33,256 nt of DNA from a virus (Duplodnaviria; Caudoviricetes): positions 1 through 33,256 of IMG/VR virus record IMGVR_UViG_3300030095_003260, one strand, 5' to 3'. The notes below the pieces were generated by a model. That model saw only the letters and a list, made by a program, of their open reading frames with translations, was not told the DNA's origin and searched no databases. Made by a program: the position numbers and the translations under genes. How positions within the stretch are numbered: position 1 is the stretch's first letter; every line of letters starts with the position of its first letter. Positions 9,974 through 16,938 of the stretch are shown here, piece by piece.

Positions 9974-10167
9974 TACTTACCTTTTTTTGTAATTTTTTTA
10001 GTTTTCTTTTTCTTCTTCTTTTTTTTCTTTAGAAGATCGAAATCAGCCTTACTAATTTTACCATCTTTATTAGCATCAAGTTTTACTTGACCGCCTTTTA
10101 GATAGCCTTTTTTCTTTTTATCAGTTTTCATCACAGTAGTCTTCCCTAATTGTGCACGATTAATCAT
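9973..10167 (-). CDS. Small poly-Lys protein with EF-hand-like loop
   Basis: 64 aa; DANKDGKISKADF loop followed by a run of about 10 Lys. Confidence 0.6.
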   Translation of the reverse strand: MINRAQLGKTTVMKTDKKKKGYLKGGQVKLDANKDGKISKADFDLLKKKKKKKKKTKKITKKGK

Positions 10168-10183
10168 GCACTATAGTAATCGA

Positions 10184-10822
10184 TTACTTCTGTTCTTTCA
10201 AGCCGTAAAAATAATTAGTGTCATCACCCGCTGTCCATTTACTTATAGATTCTACGTTATATTCAATGGTAGATACTTTAAAGTCAGGTTGTTTAGGCTC
10301 AGACGGTGTTAACGATTTATCATAAAATAAAGTCCTATTGTTGGGCTGTGCCGCAAAATGCCCGTTATCCAACTCTAAAATATTAAAAGATTTATGTTCC
10401 TCTGGTACCTGTGAATAGTTAATGTTAGGTAAATTATGGTCAGCATGACAGCTATCTATCGTAAACAAATATTCACCTTGATACCATTTTTTAGAGGGAG
10501 ACAAATATTTTGCTCTTGGAGGAACCGTTATTTTTTCAATAACAGTTATATGATAACTAAAAGCATCCCATAATTCTAGCTCCTCTAAACCAATATTTTC
10601 TTTTACGTCTGGTGATGAAACAAAAGCTGAGATAGGAAGTTTGTCGTAAAGTGCTGCATATTCAGGTAAATAAGTTTCAAAGTATAACGCTCTACCTTGT
10701 ATTGATTTGCATGTTGCCCATATGCCTTCAACAAATTCACCATGACCTTTTTTATGGTCATACAAATATTCTTTTTTAACATAAACTTTTATTGGTGGAA
10801 CGTTTGCTACTAAAAATGACAT
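10184..10822 (-). CDS. Conserved phage protein of unknown function
   Basis: 212 aa, coupled to terL stop; VYVKKEYLYD and GHFAAQPNNR motifs. Confidence 0.7.
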   Translation of the reverse strand: MSFLVANVPPIKVYVKKEYLYDHKKGHGEFVEGIWATCKSIQGRALYFETYLPEYAALYDKLPISAFVSSPDVKENIGLEELELWDAFSYHITVIEKITVPPRAKYLSPSKKWYQGEYLFTIDSCHADHNLPNINYSQVPEEHKSFNILELDNGHFAAQPNNRTLFYDKSLTPSEPKQPDFKVSTIEYNVESISKWTAGDDTNYFYGLKEQK

Positions 10823-12300
10823 TAATAAAATACTCTCCTTGTGTTATCGACGGGTTCAGGTTCGTAGTCCATCCGCAATTGAATAAGTCCAGATTGTCTA
10901 AACCGCATCAACGCTTGCGTGACCGTATCTACGTAATCGTCATTCTCACCATACGGGAAAGCTGCACATTCTTCAATAACTTCTTCAGCAAAAGTTCTAC
11001 CTTCAGGATAGTACACACAACCTGATTCAAAAATAGGTGCCACTGAATTGACCCGCGACCGCTTATCATTGCCCCGTGTCGGCGTGTAGTTAGTAACCGG
11101 AATACCCGCACGACGTAGTTCGTCGGTCAAGGGCATACCACTAGACTTGGCTTCAATCAAAACCATTTCAGGTTCCCAGTAATTATATTCTTTCAACGCA
11201 ACATCTTTAAGTTCTGGAAAGTCGTAACGACCACGACGGGCATCTAATAAAATTAACGACGCCCGTTGATCTTCGGGCGCAAACACACCCCACGTGGTAA
11301 TCGCAGAATAATCCGCAGTTTCTTTTTTACTAAAGGCGGTATCGTAACTTTGAATAATGTAATGCAAATCAGGTATTTCTTTTTCTGCCCATGGTCGCCA
11401 CCACTCGCGTTTTAAGATGGCGCCTTCTTCGGAAGTAGGTTTTTGCATCCACTGCGCATTCCATTTAGAAATAGCCAAGGACGCTTTGACTGACTCAAGT
11501 TCAGATACTTTCCAATACTCGGGCCATGTCGGTTCACCACTATCCATAATTGCGGGAAACTCAACTACCTCCCATTGATCCGCTTTGGGTTCGACTTGGG
11601 CTTTCATTAGTTGACCAGTTAAGTCGACCGTCGACCAACGGGTCATAACCAACACAATCGCACCGCCGGGTTGTAGACGTTGTCGTGGACCAGAGGTATA
11701 CCATTCGTAAGCGTTTTCCATCGCTGTTTCCGATAGGGCGTCTTGCTCTGAATGCGGGTCGTCGATAATTAATAAATCCGCACCACGACCAGTAATCGCA
11801 CCACCAACACCCGCAGCAAAATATTCACCACCAGCGTTCGTGTCCCAACGGCCGGCAGCCTTGGAATCTGCTTGTAGTAAAGTTTCTGGAAAAATATGTT
11901 TGTAGTCAGTAGAATCTATAAGCTGTTTAGTTTTACGACCAAACCTTTGTGATAGCTCGGCAGTGTGCGAAGTCTGAATGATTTTGGTCATCGGATTTTT
12001 TCCCATGATAAATGCGGGTAACATGAAAGATGCAAATTCAGATTTTGTATGTCTGGGTGGCATATTCACTATTAATCGTTTTAAGGTACCCTTAGCGATT
12101 CTATCAAATTTTTCGGCTATGATTCTATGGTGGGTCCCTTCTACAAAATGTGGCCACATGTATTTTACAAAATCTAAAAAATTTTCTTGTGCTTTACGGG
12201 TCCCTTCTTTCTTTTGTTTTAACTCAAGGAGTTCTGCGAATAGCTTTCTTTTTTCAGGTTCAAGGTCGGTTAGGTGGTCTTTAAAATCTTTTATGTCCAT
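10822..12300 (-). CDS. terL: Terminase large subunit
   Basis: 492 aa; IVNMPPRHTKS Walker A variant, LIIDDP Walker B, VMTRW, SYDTA and DDYVD RNase H-like nuclease motifs. Confidence 0.93.
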   Translation of the reverse strand: MDIKDFKDHLTDLEPEKRKLFAELLELKQKKEGTRKAQENFLDFVKYMWPHFVEGTHHRIIAEKFDRIAKGTLKRLIVNMPPRHTKSEFASFMLPAFIMGKNPMTKIIQTSHTAELSQRFGRKTKQLIDSTDYKHIFPETLLQADSKAAGRWDTNAGGEYFAAGVGGAITGRGADLLIIDDPHSEQDALSETAMENAYEWYTSGPRQRLQPGGAIVLVMTRWSTVDLTGQLMKAQVEPKADQWEVVEFPAIMDSGEPTWPEYWKVSELESVKASLAISKWNAQWMQKPTSEEGAILKREWWRPWAEKEIPDLHYIIQSYDTAFSKKETADYSAITTWGVFAPEDQRASLILLDARRGRYDFPELKDVALKEYNYWEPEMVLIEAKSSGMPLTDELRRAGIPVTNYTPTRGNDKRSRVNSVAPIFESGCVYYPEGRTFAEEVIEECAAFPYGENDDYVDTVTQALMRFRQSGLIQLRMDYEPEPVDNTRRVFY

Positions 12301-12421
12301 ACTCTATGTGTAGATTGTTATATATATACTAGTATATAAGTAACATACACACAAAAGGGGGTGTCGACAAGTCTGCAAAACACTTTGAGTTTTGAGATAG
12401 TTACAGGTACCCTTAATAGGA

Positions 12422-12607
12422 GGACGCGCCCGAAGGGCGCGTCCGACTATCAGCGAGCGAGCGAAGCGAGCGAGCTTTTCGCCGAGCCACAGGCGAGGCA
12501 CAAGATGTTGTGTCAAGTAAAAAGTTTAACACTACATATAGTAGCGCCCGAAGGGCGCTACTATATCTGGTAGGTACAAGCCGAAGGCCTACTACATATT
12601 GTGTCAA
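12422..12607 (+). repeat. Non-coding cluster A: GAA-loop hairpins, tandem G.A hairpins, two NrdR-box-like pairs
   Basis: Hairpins 12422-12444, 12452-12476, 12481-12499, 12536-12566, 12580-12588; boxes at 12500/12531 and 12560/12591. Confidence 0.8.
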
Positions 12608-12676
12608 GTAATTTATTTACATTAGATAGCAAAATAGTTGTAGCATTTTATAGCAAATCATGCTAGATACTGTGGT

Positions 12677-13627
12677 ATGGAAAGACATGCACATTATAGA
12701 AAGAAAAATAATATGTTACATAATAATATGCATGATATGTCTACTTTTTCATTTCCAGTTGAAATGCAAGAGTTGACTCACAAGATAAACGGCGAGACAC
12801 ATCCGACGAACTATAAGGCAATTGTTCGCACTGATAGCAATCACTTGCTACACGTGGCGGGCGATAAGTATAAGCTAGTTAGTCATGATAAAGTCTTTGG
12901 CGTTTATAACGATCTGATCGCAAAAAGCGGTCTTAAACTAGATAACATTGAAATCAATGATGAAGTATTTGACAACGGGCGCAAAGCGTCCCGCGTGATT
13001 ACTTTCAAGGATCATGAAGTTAATGTTAACGGTAGCGATAACCTAGCGTTACAGTTACAGCTAAAAAATTCATTAGACTCAACTTGGGTTGCATGGTCAG
13101 TATTCGGTGCAATTCGTTTTCTATGTATGAATGGCTGTGTTTTTGGTGATTGGTCTTTTCAATCAAAAAGAAAACACACTGGCGGGTTTAACCCGTTAGC
13201 TGAATCTAAAAAAATAGGCAACGCTGTTGAAGGGTTCAATACTAATTTTGAGCAAGTTCAACAATGGGCAAATACTATGATCTCATGGGAAGATGTTAAA
13301 AAAATCTACTCTGAAACCATAGCTAAGTCTAACCGCTCAACAACTCAACGATTAATTAAAGACAGTACTTCTGATTATTCAGAAAATGTTGTTGATGTAT
13401 TAATGCGACAATGCGAGCGGGATGCAACGAGCAAAAAGCCGTCTCTTTGGAATGTTTACAACGGGGCAACTTATTGGTCAACGCACGCTGGGCGTGAAGA
13501 TGCAGGAACTATCAGAGCCACTGCAGGACTTCACAACGTCCAGCACACTAGACAACAGAAAGTTTCAGCAATGCTGAATTCTGATGTGTGGTTACTTTAT
13601 ACTAACGGACTAAAAACCGTTAATTAA
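12677..13627 (+). CDS. DUF932/DUF945-like protein (true start probably ATG at 12713)
   Basis: AIVRTD, YKLVSH, NSLDS, GAIRFLCMNG, KRKHTG, SLWNVYNGATYWSTH fit the family; AGAAAG SD-like element before 12713. Confidence 0.75.
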   Translation: MERHAHYRKKNNMLHNNMHDMSTFSFPVEMQELTHKINGETHPTNYKAIVRTDSNHLLHVAGDKYKLVSHDKVFGVYNDLIAKSGLKLDNIEINDEVFDNGRKASRVITFKDHEVNVNGSDNLALQLQLKNSLDSTWVAWSVFGAIRFLCMNGCVFGDWSFQSKRKHTGGFNPLAESKKIGNAVEGFNTNFEQVQQWANTMISWEDVKKIYSETIAKSNRSTTQRLIKDSTSDYSENVVDVLMRQCERDATSKKPSLWNVYNGATYWSTHAGREDAGTIRATAGLHNVQHTRQQKVSAMLNSDVWLLYTNGLKTVN

Positions 13628-13651
13628 TCAAATAGCGTGTCTTTCCATATT

Positions 13652-13683
13652 ACGCCACCTAGTGAAAACTAGGTGGCGTTTTT
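13652..13683 (+). terminator. Rho-independent terminator, followed by a second hairpin at 13690-13725
   Basis: ACGCCACCTAGT-GAAA-ACTAGGTGGCGT then T run. Confidence 0.88.
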
Positions 13684-13757
13684 AGTTATCGTACTATCTA
13701 TTCCCTGAAGGGAATAGATAGTGCGGGTCTTTTACGAGAAAACTTTAAAAATTCTCT

Positions 13758-13930
13758 AAAAAAAAAAAATAAAAGCTACAAGCGACAAGCGACAAGCATT
13801 GTTTCACGTGAAACGAGCGAGCGAAGCGAGCGAGTTGTGGCGAAGCCACAAGCGTTCACTATCTGCCGAGCGAAGCGAGGCACTATATGTAGTAGGTCGC
13901 CGCTAGGCGACCTACTATATGTTGTGTCAA
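13758..13930 (+). repeat. Non-coding cluster B: A12 tract, ACAAGCG repeats, parS-like site, G.A hairpins, NrdR-box-like pair
   Basis: Heptamers 13778-13797; hairpins 13812-13836, 13835-13851, 13864-13882, 13887-13920; boxes 13882/13914. Confidence 0.8.
13800..13815. promoter_or_regulatory. parS: parS-like centromere site
   Basis: TGTTTCACGTGAAACG, 15/16 match to consensus TGTTTCACGTGAAACA. Confidence 0.7.
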
Positions 13931-13938
13931 GAACTTTT

Positions 13939-14112
13939 TTAAAGTTCTTTGACTACTGGTACAACTTCGTAGCCTAGTGACTTGATGTGTCCTATGTCCC
14001 AATGGCTCAAGGTTTTGGTACCTGTTAGAACACAGAAGGTTTTAGCTTTTTCGCACATAGGATAAATCAATTCATTACCATACACACTTCGTACTTGCAC
14101 TTTTATTTCCAT
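13939..14112 (-). CDS. 57-aa early protein (not in ORF track)
   Basis: MEIKVQVRSVYGNELIYPMCEKAKTFCVLTGTKTLSHWDIGHIKSLGYEVVPVVKEL; GAGGAG SD and own promoter. Confidence 0.8.
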   Translation of the reverse strand: MEIKVQVRSVYGNELIYPMCEKAKTFCVLTGTKTLSHWDIGHIKSLGYEVVPVVKEL

Positions 14113-14139
14113 ATCTTTCTCCTCGTTTAAATTAACATC

Positions 14140-14168
14140 ATTATAGCATAATGCTATAATGATGTCAA
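14140..14168 (-). promoter_or_regulatory. Consensus sigma70 promoter with TAGCA-N3-TGCTA operator
   Basis: TTGACA-TCATTATAGCATTATGC(17)-TATAAT. Confidence 0.9.
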
Positions 14169-14177
14169 GTATTTATT

Positions 14178-14453
14178 TTAACTTTGAGGTAAGTAATTGT
14201 CTAGGTCATGTTCGTTTTGTAGTTCGTTTATTCTTCGTTCGTATAATTCTTCGTCTTCTCTGCTTGGCTCACCTTTGCCGATCAAATCTTTTATGACTAC
14301 ACCTAGTCTTTCGATTGAGCGTATGTCTGCTCGTTGTCTAAGCAAATCTTCTTTGATGTCTAGCAAAGTTAGAACAGCTACTGTGTTAGTATTAAAAACA
14401 GAGAAACCGTGTTTGTTTTTAAATGTGTTATTGTCTCGTCTTGTCTTGTTCAT
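14178..14453 (-). CDS. Hypothetical early protein
   Basis: 91 aa; GAGGAG SD; own promoter. Confidence 0.75.
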   Translation of the reverse strand: MNKTRRDNNTFKNKHGFSVFNTNTVAVLTLLDIKEDLLRQRADIRSIERLGVVIKDLIGKGEPSREDEELYERRINELQNEHDLDNYLPQS

Positions 14454-14480
14454 TATTTATCTCCTCGTTAAATTAACATC

Positions 14481-14509
14481 ATTATAGCATAATGCTAGTA
14501 CTATGTCAA
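14481..14509 (-). promoter_or_regulatory. Consensus sigma70 promoter with operator
   Basis: TTGACA-TAGTACTAGCATTATGC(17)-TATAAT. Confidence 0.9.
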
Positions 14510-14537
14510 GCATTAATTTAAATTAATTTCGTTAGGT

Positions 14538-14562
14538 GGTGAGAGGGCTACGCCCTCTCACC
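14538..14562. terminator. Intergenic hairpin (terminator or processing/stability stem)
   Basis: GGTGAGAGGGC-TAC-GCCCTCTCACC; the T run is on the + side. Confidence 0.55.
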
Positions 14563-14580
14563 TTTTCCAACGAGGAAACT

Positions 14581-15063
14581 TTATGCCACTCGTACGCTAT
14601 CTGGTATAAGTTTAGCGTAATCATTTAGTATATCGTTCGATGTACAACGGTCAACGTACAATTGTAAACCTTCTAGCCAATCCTCTTGGTCGCCGTCACT
14701 AGATACTGAAATGCTGTCGGTGATCTGCGTAATTGCAATCAACATAGCTACAACGTATTTGTCATATGGTTTTCGTGCTGTCTTACAAAACTCAAACGCT
14801 CCCTTTGAGAACTCTTCGTCGCTCTCGTAGTCGTCCTTCGGTCGTTGCTTTCGAGTTAAATAAAAGGTTTCATGACTGTCATCACCTCTACCATTAAATA
14901 AAATAGAGTCGTAGGTAATGGATAAGTTTTGTGAGTCGGTCGGTTCGTTATCTAGTATAACACCGTGATTATCTTTTAGTATTGTTTTCGCTACCTGACG
15001 AACGTTATCCCATTCGTCTTCGGTTAGGTCTCTAGTCTGTCGCCAGTAATGAGTATATCCCAT
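14581..15063 (-). CDS. Conserved phage early protein of unknown function
   Basis: 160 aa; MGYTHYW, HETF, FCKTARKPYD, SSDG motifs; own promoter and SD. Confidence 0.8.
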   Translation of the reverse strand: MGYTHYWRQTRDLTEDEWDNVRQVAKTILKDNHGVILDNEPTDSQNLSITYDSILFNGRGDDSHETFYLTRKQRPKDDYESDEEFSKGAFEFCKTARKPYDKYVVAMLIAITQITDSISVSSDGDQEDWLEGLQLYVDRCTSNDILNDYAKLIPDSVRVA

Positions 15064-15095
15064 TGTTCTTCCTTTCGTTGGTTAGTTAAAACAAC

Positions 15096-15124
15096 AGTAT
15101 AGCATATTGCTATACTATTGTCAA
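15096..15124 (-). promoter_or_regulatory. sigma70 promoter with operator
   Basis: TTGACA-ATAGTATAGCAATATGC(17)-TATACT. Confidence 0.88.
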
Positions 15125-15128
15125 GTGT

Positions 15129-15359
15129 TTATTTTTGGTAACCTCGTTTTTGTTTTACTGCATAAATCCAATCATTGACAGCCTGACAAAGTTTCCATTC
15201 AGCTTCACACCTTTTTTTATTTTCTTTCAAATGTGGATCACAATCAGTTACAGAATTAAAACTAATATGTGACAATTCATCAGTAATAATCGTTTCTCTA
15301 TCCGCTATGCCTGTACTAATCATATCTAACATTTTTCTAGTTAATACTACTCTACTCAT
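15129..15359 (-). CDS. Hypothetical early protein
   Basis: 76 aa; GAGGT SD; own promoter. Confidence 0.75.
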   Translation of the reverse strand: MSRVVLTRKMLDMISTGIADRETIITDELSHISFNSVTDCDPHLKENKKRCEAEWKLCQAVNDWIYAVKQKRGYQK

Positions 15360-15390
15360 AATCTTACCTCGTTGGTTAAATTAAAAACCT

Positions 15391-15419
15391 ATTATAGCAT
15401 AATGCTAGTACTTTGTCAA
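15391..15419 (-). promoter_or_regulatory. Consensus sigma70 promoter with operator
   Basis: TTGACA-AAGTACTAGCATTATGC(17)-TATAAT. Confidence 0.9.
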
Positions 15420-15476
15420 CAACTAATTTAATTTATTTTTTCTTTCACTAGCTGGTGAAATGTTTCGTTTTGGTTG

Positions 15477-15510
15477 AGAGCCAGAGTCTCGATTTTGAGA
15501 CTCTGGCTCT
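15477..15510. terminator. 14-bp intergenic hairpin
   Basis: AGAGCCAGAGTCTC-GATTTT-GAGACTCTGGCTCT just after the stop at 15521; no clear U tract. Confidence 0.5.
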
Positions 15511-15520
15511 AGTTATTATT

Positions 15521-15826
15521 TTAGTCTTGATATTTAGGGTCTGTCTCCATGTAGTTGCTGTGTGCATCTCCACCAAGAGCATTAAACCTATCTACCAACT
15601 CATTGTTGAGTTTCTTAAACGCATCGATATATTTCTTAGTTAAACCGATTTCGTATCCGTTTGCCTTAGCGTCTTCGATACGAGCTAGCTCAATCTTCGC
15701 AACTTCCATCATTCGAGTAAGTGCCCACTCTTTAGGTGTTCCTTCTTCTGATGGGTTGAAACGCTCCCACTCTATCAACTCAACTAGTTGTGTAGTGTAG
15801 GTGTTTGTTTTATATTCTTTATCCAT
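15521..15826 (-). CDS. Hypothetical early protein (start reassigned to MDKEY)
   Basis: GAGGAG SD precedes ATG at 15826; weaker promoter TTTACA-17-TATACA at 15862-15890. Confidence 0.7.
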   Translation of the reverse strand: MDKEYKTNTYTTQLVELIEWERFNPSEEGTPKEWALTRMMEVAKIELARIEDAKANGYEIGLTKKYIDAFKKLNNELVDRFNALGGDAHSNYMETDPKYQD

Positions 15827-15907
15827 AATTATTCTCCTCGTATTATTTTTATTAATAGCATTGTATACCATAGTCTAGTACAAATGTAAAGAACTATTTT
15901 CACTGCC

Positions 15908-16264
15908 TGTGGATAAGTTTCGTTAGCTAGTGAACGAGCGAGGCGAAGCCGAGCGAGTTGTGGCGAAGCCACAAGCGACAAGCGACAAGCGAGGGCGAAG
16001 CCCGAGCTTCGTTGGATAAGGAACAAGCTCATAATACCCCGCCCTCTTCCACCCTTATACCCTATCATACTTTGCGAACTTTGTCAAGCATTTTCTAGCA
16101 TATAAATGTGGATAAGTTTCGTTATCTGCTGGACGTTGGTCTACGGAAATTAGTCGCTTGTCGCTGAAAGCGACAAGCGACTGAGGGTCTTCACTATCTG
16201 CTGAAAGCCTTCGGCTAACGGACTATGATCGTCGAGGGTGGGTCGAGGTTCACTAGCTAGTGAA
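15908..16264 (+). repeat. Cluster C: DnaA boxes, G.A hairpins, ACAAGCG repeats, 16-bp palindromes
   Basis: TGTGGATAA at 15908 and 16107; hairpins 15933-15959, 15958-15974, 15987-16009, 16152-16182. Confidence 0.8.
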
Positions 16265-16542
16265 CTATGAAAAAGTTTTGGCGGTGAGAGGTCGACGGTC
16301 GAAATCATAATAAATTTCAACCCGTGATTTACCTTGTGAAAAGCAATTTGGTGAGGTGAAAAAAATACAGTTTTGTTATCTCTTGTTATTTTTAATTCTA
16401 CTGTAAAAAAATGACCTCCCGCTACACTGCCTATCAAGTCGGGCATACCTCTACTGATAGAATTTTCTAATCTATTCCAACGAATTTTAGGTGTGTTGGT
16501 TTTCACCATCTGCCATAATTTAGTTTCTGTTTTGGCTTTCAT
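16150..16542 (-). CDS. PD-(D/E)xK nuclease, VRR-NUC / resolvase-like
   Basis: E..LW, RLEN, GMPDL, VELK, SPHQIAFH motif series. Confidence 0.8.
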   Translation of the reverse strand: MKAKTETKLWQMVKTNTPKIRWNRLENSISRGMPDLIGSVAGGHFFTVELKITRDNKTVFFSPHQIAFHKVNHGLKFIMISTVDLSPPKLFHSSLASEPRPTLDDHSPLAEGFQQIVKTLSRLSLSATSD

Positions 16543-16544
16543 TT

Positions 16545-16932
16545 TTCACGATAACAACTTTCGCTGTGGCGATTGTACTCTTATGCCTCTTGCATTCACC
16601 GAGACTAGGTGGCAGGTGGCGACCCTGTCGCTTTCTAAAAGTACAATCGGCATAGCGATTGTTTAGTGGCGATAACTTGGTACGCAAATGTTTGAGTTAT
16701 CATTAAGAGTATTGAACTAGTATTCACCACTACTCACCACTTGTTTACGCCTTTCATTGTCTACTGGTCTCCTTATTTTAAGTGTCTTACGCGACACTAC
16801 TCGAGGGCGGTTTTATCCCTTTTCACAGTAGGTCGAGAGAGCATGCTGAGCGGAAAGCTATTCATGTATAACCGCCTTCTGTACATTCGCATTCGATTAC
16901 TCTCTCTATTAGTCATTATGTACTTAACCAAT
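16545..16932 (-). ncRNA. Candidate large structured ncRNA (~390 nt)
   Basis: No long minus-strand ORF; own consensus promoter; about 10 helices, G-U wobbles mostly favouring the minus strand, GAAA tetraloop, pseudoknot. Confidence 0.65.
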
Positions 16933-16938
16933 ATTTAT

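Noticed and set aside
12304-12607. Three overlapping 64-70 aa ORFs over cluster A
   Set aside because: Low-complexity translations of GC-rich hairpins and repeats on both strands; no convincing SD
12511-13930. Minus-strand TTGACA at 12511, 12602 and 13925 as promoters
   Set aside because: No -10 hexamer at suitable spacing; they overlap the ends of the NrdR-like boxes
15829-16068. 79-aa ORF over cluster C
   Set aside because: Translation of repeats (RLRLARSL); a possible weak promoter at 16059-16087 overlaps its start
16248-16265. LexA box
   Set aside because: GTTC-N10-GAAC fits neither GTTC-N7-GTTC, GAAC-N4-GTTC nor CTG-N10-CAG
16545-16932. tmRNA, RNase P RNA or self-splicing intron identity
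   Set aside because: No acceptor stem/T-arm/CCA; possible tag frame ANVQKAVIHE lacks an Ala-Ala end; no RNase P or intron core motifs; no interrupted gene
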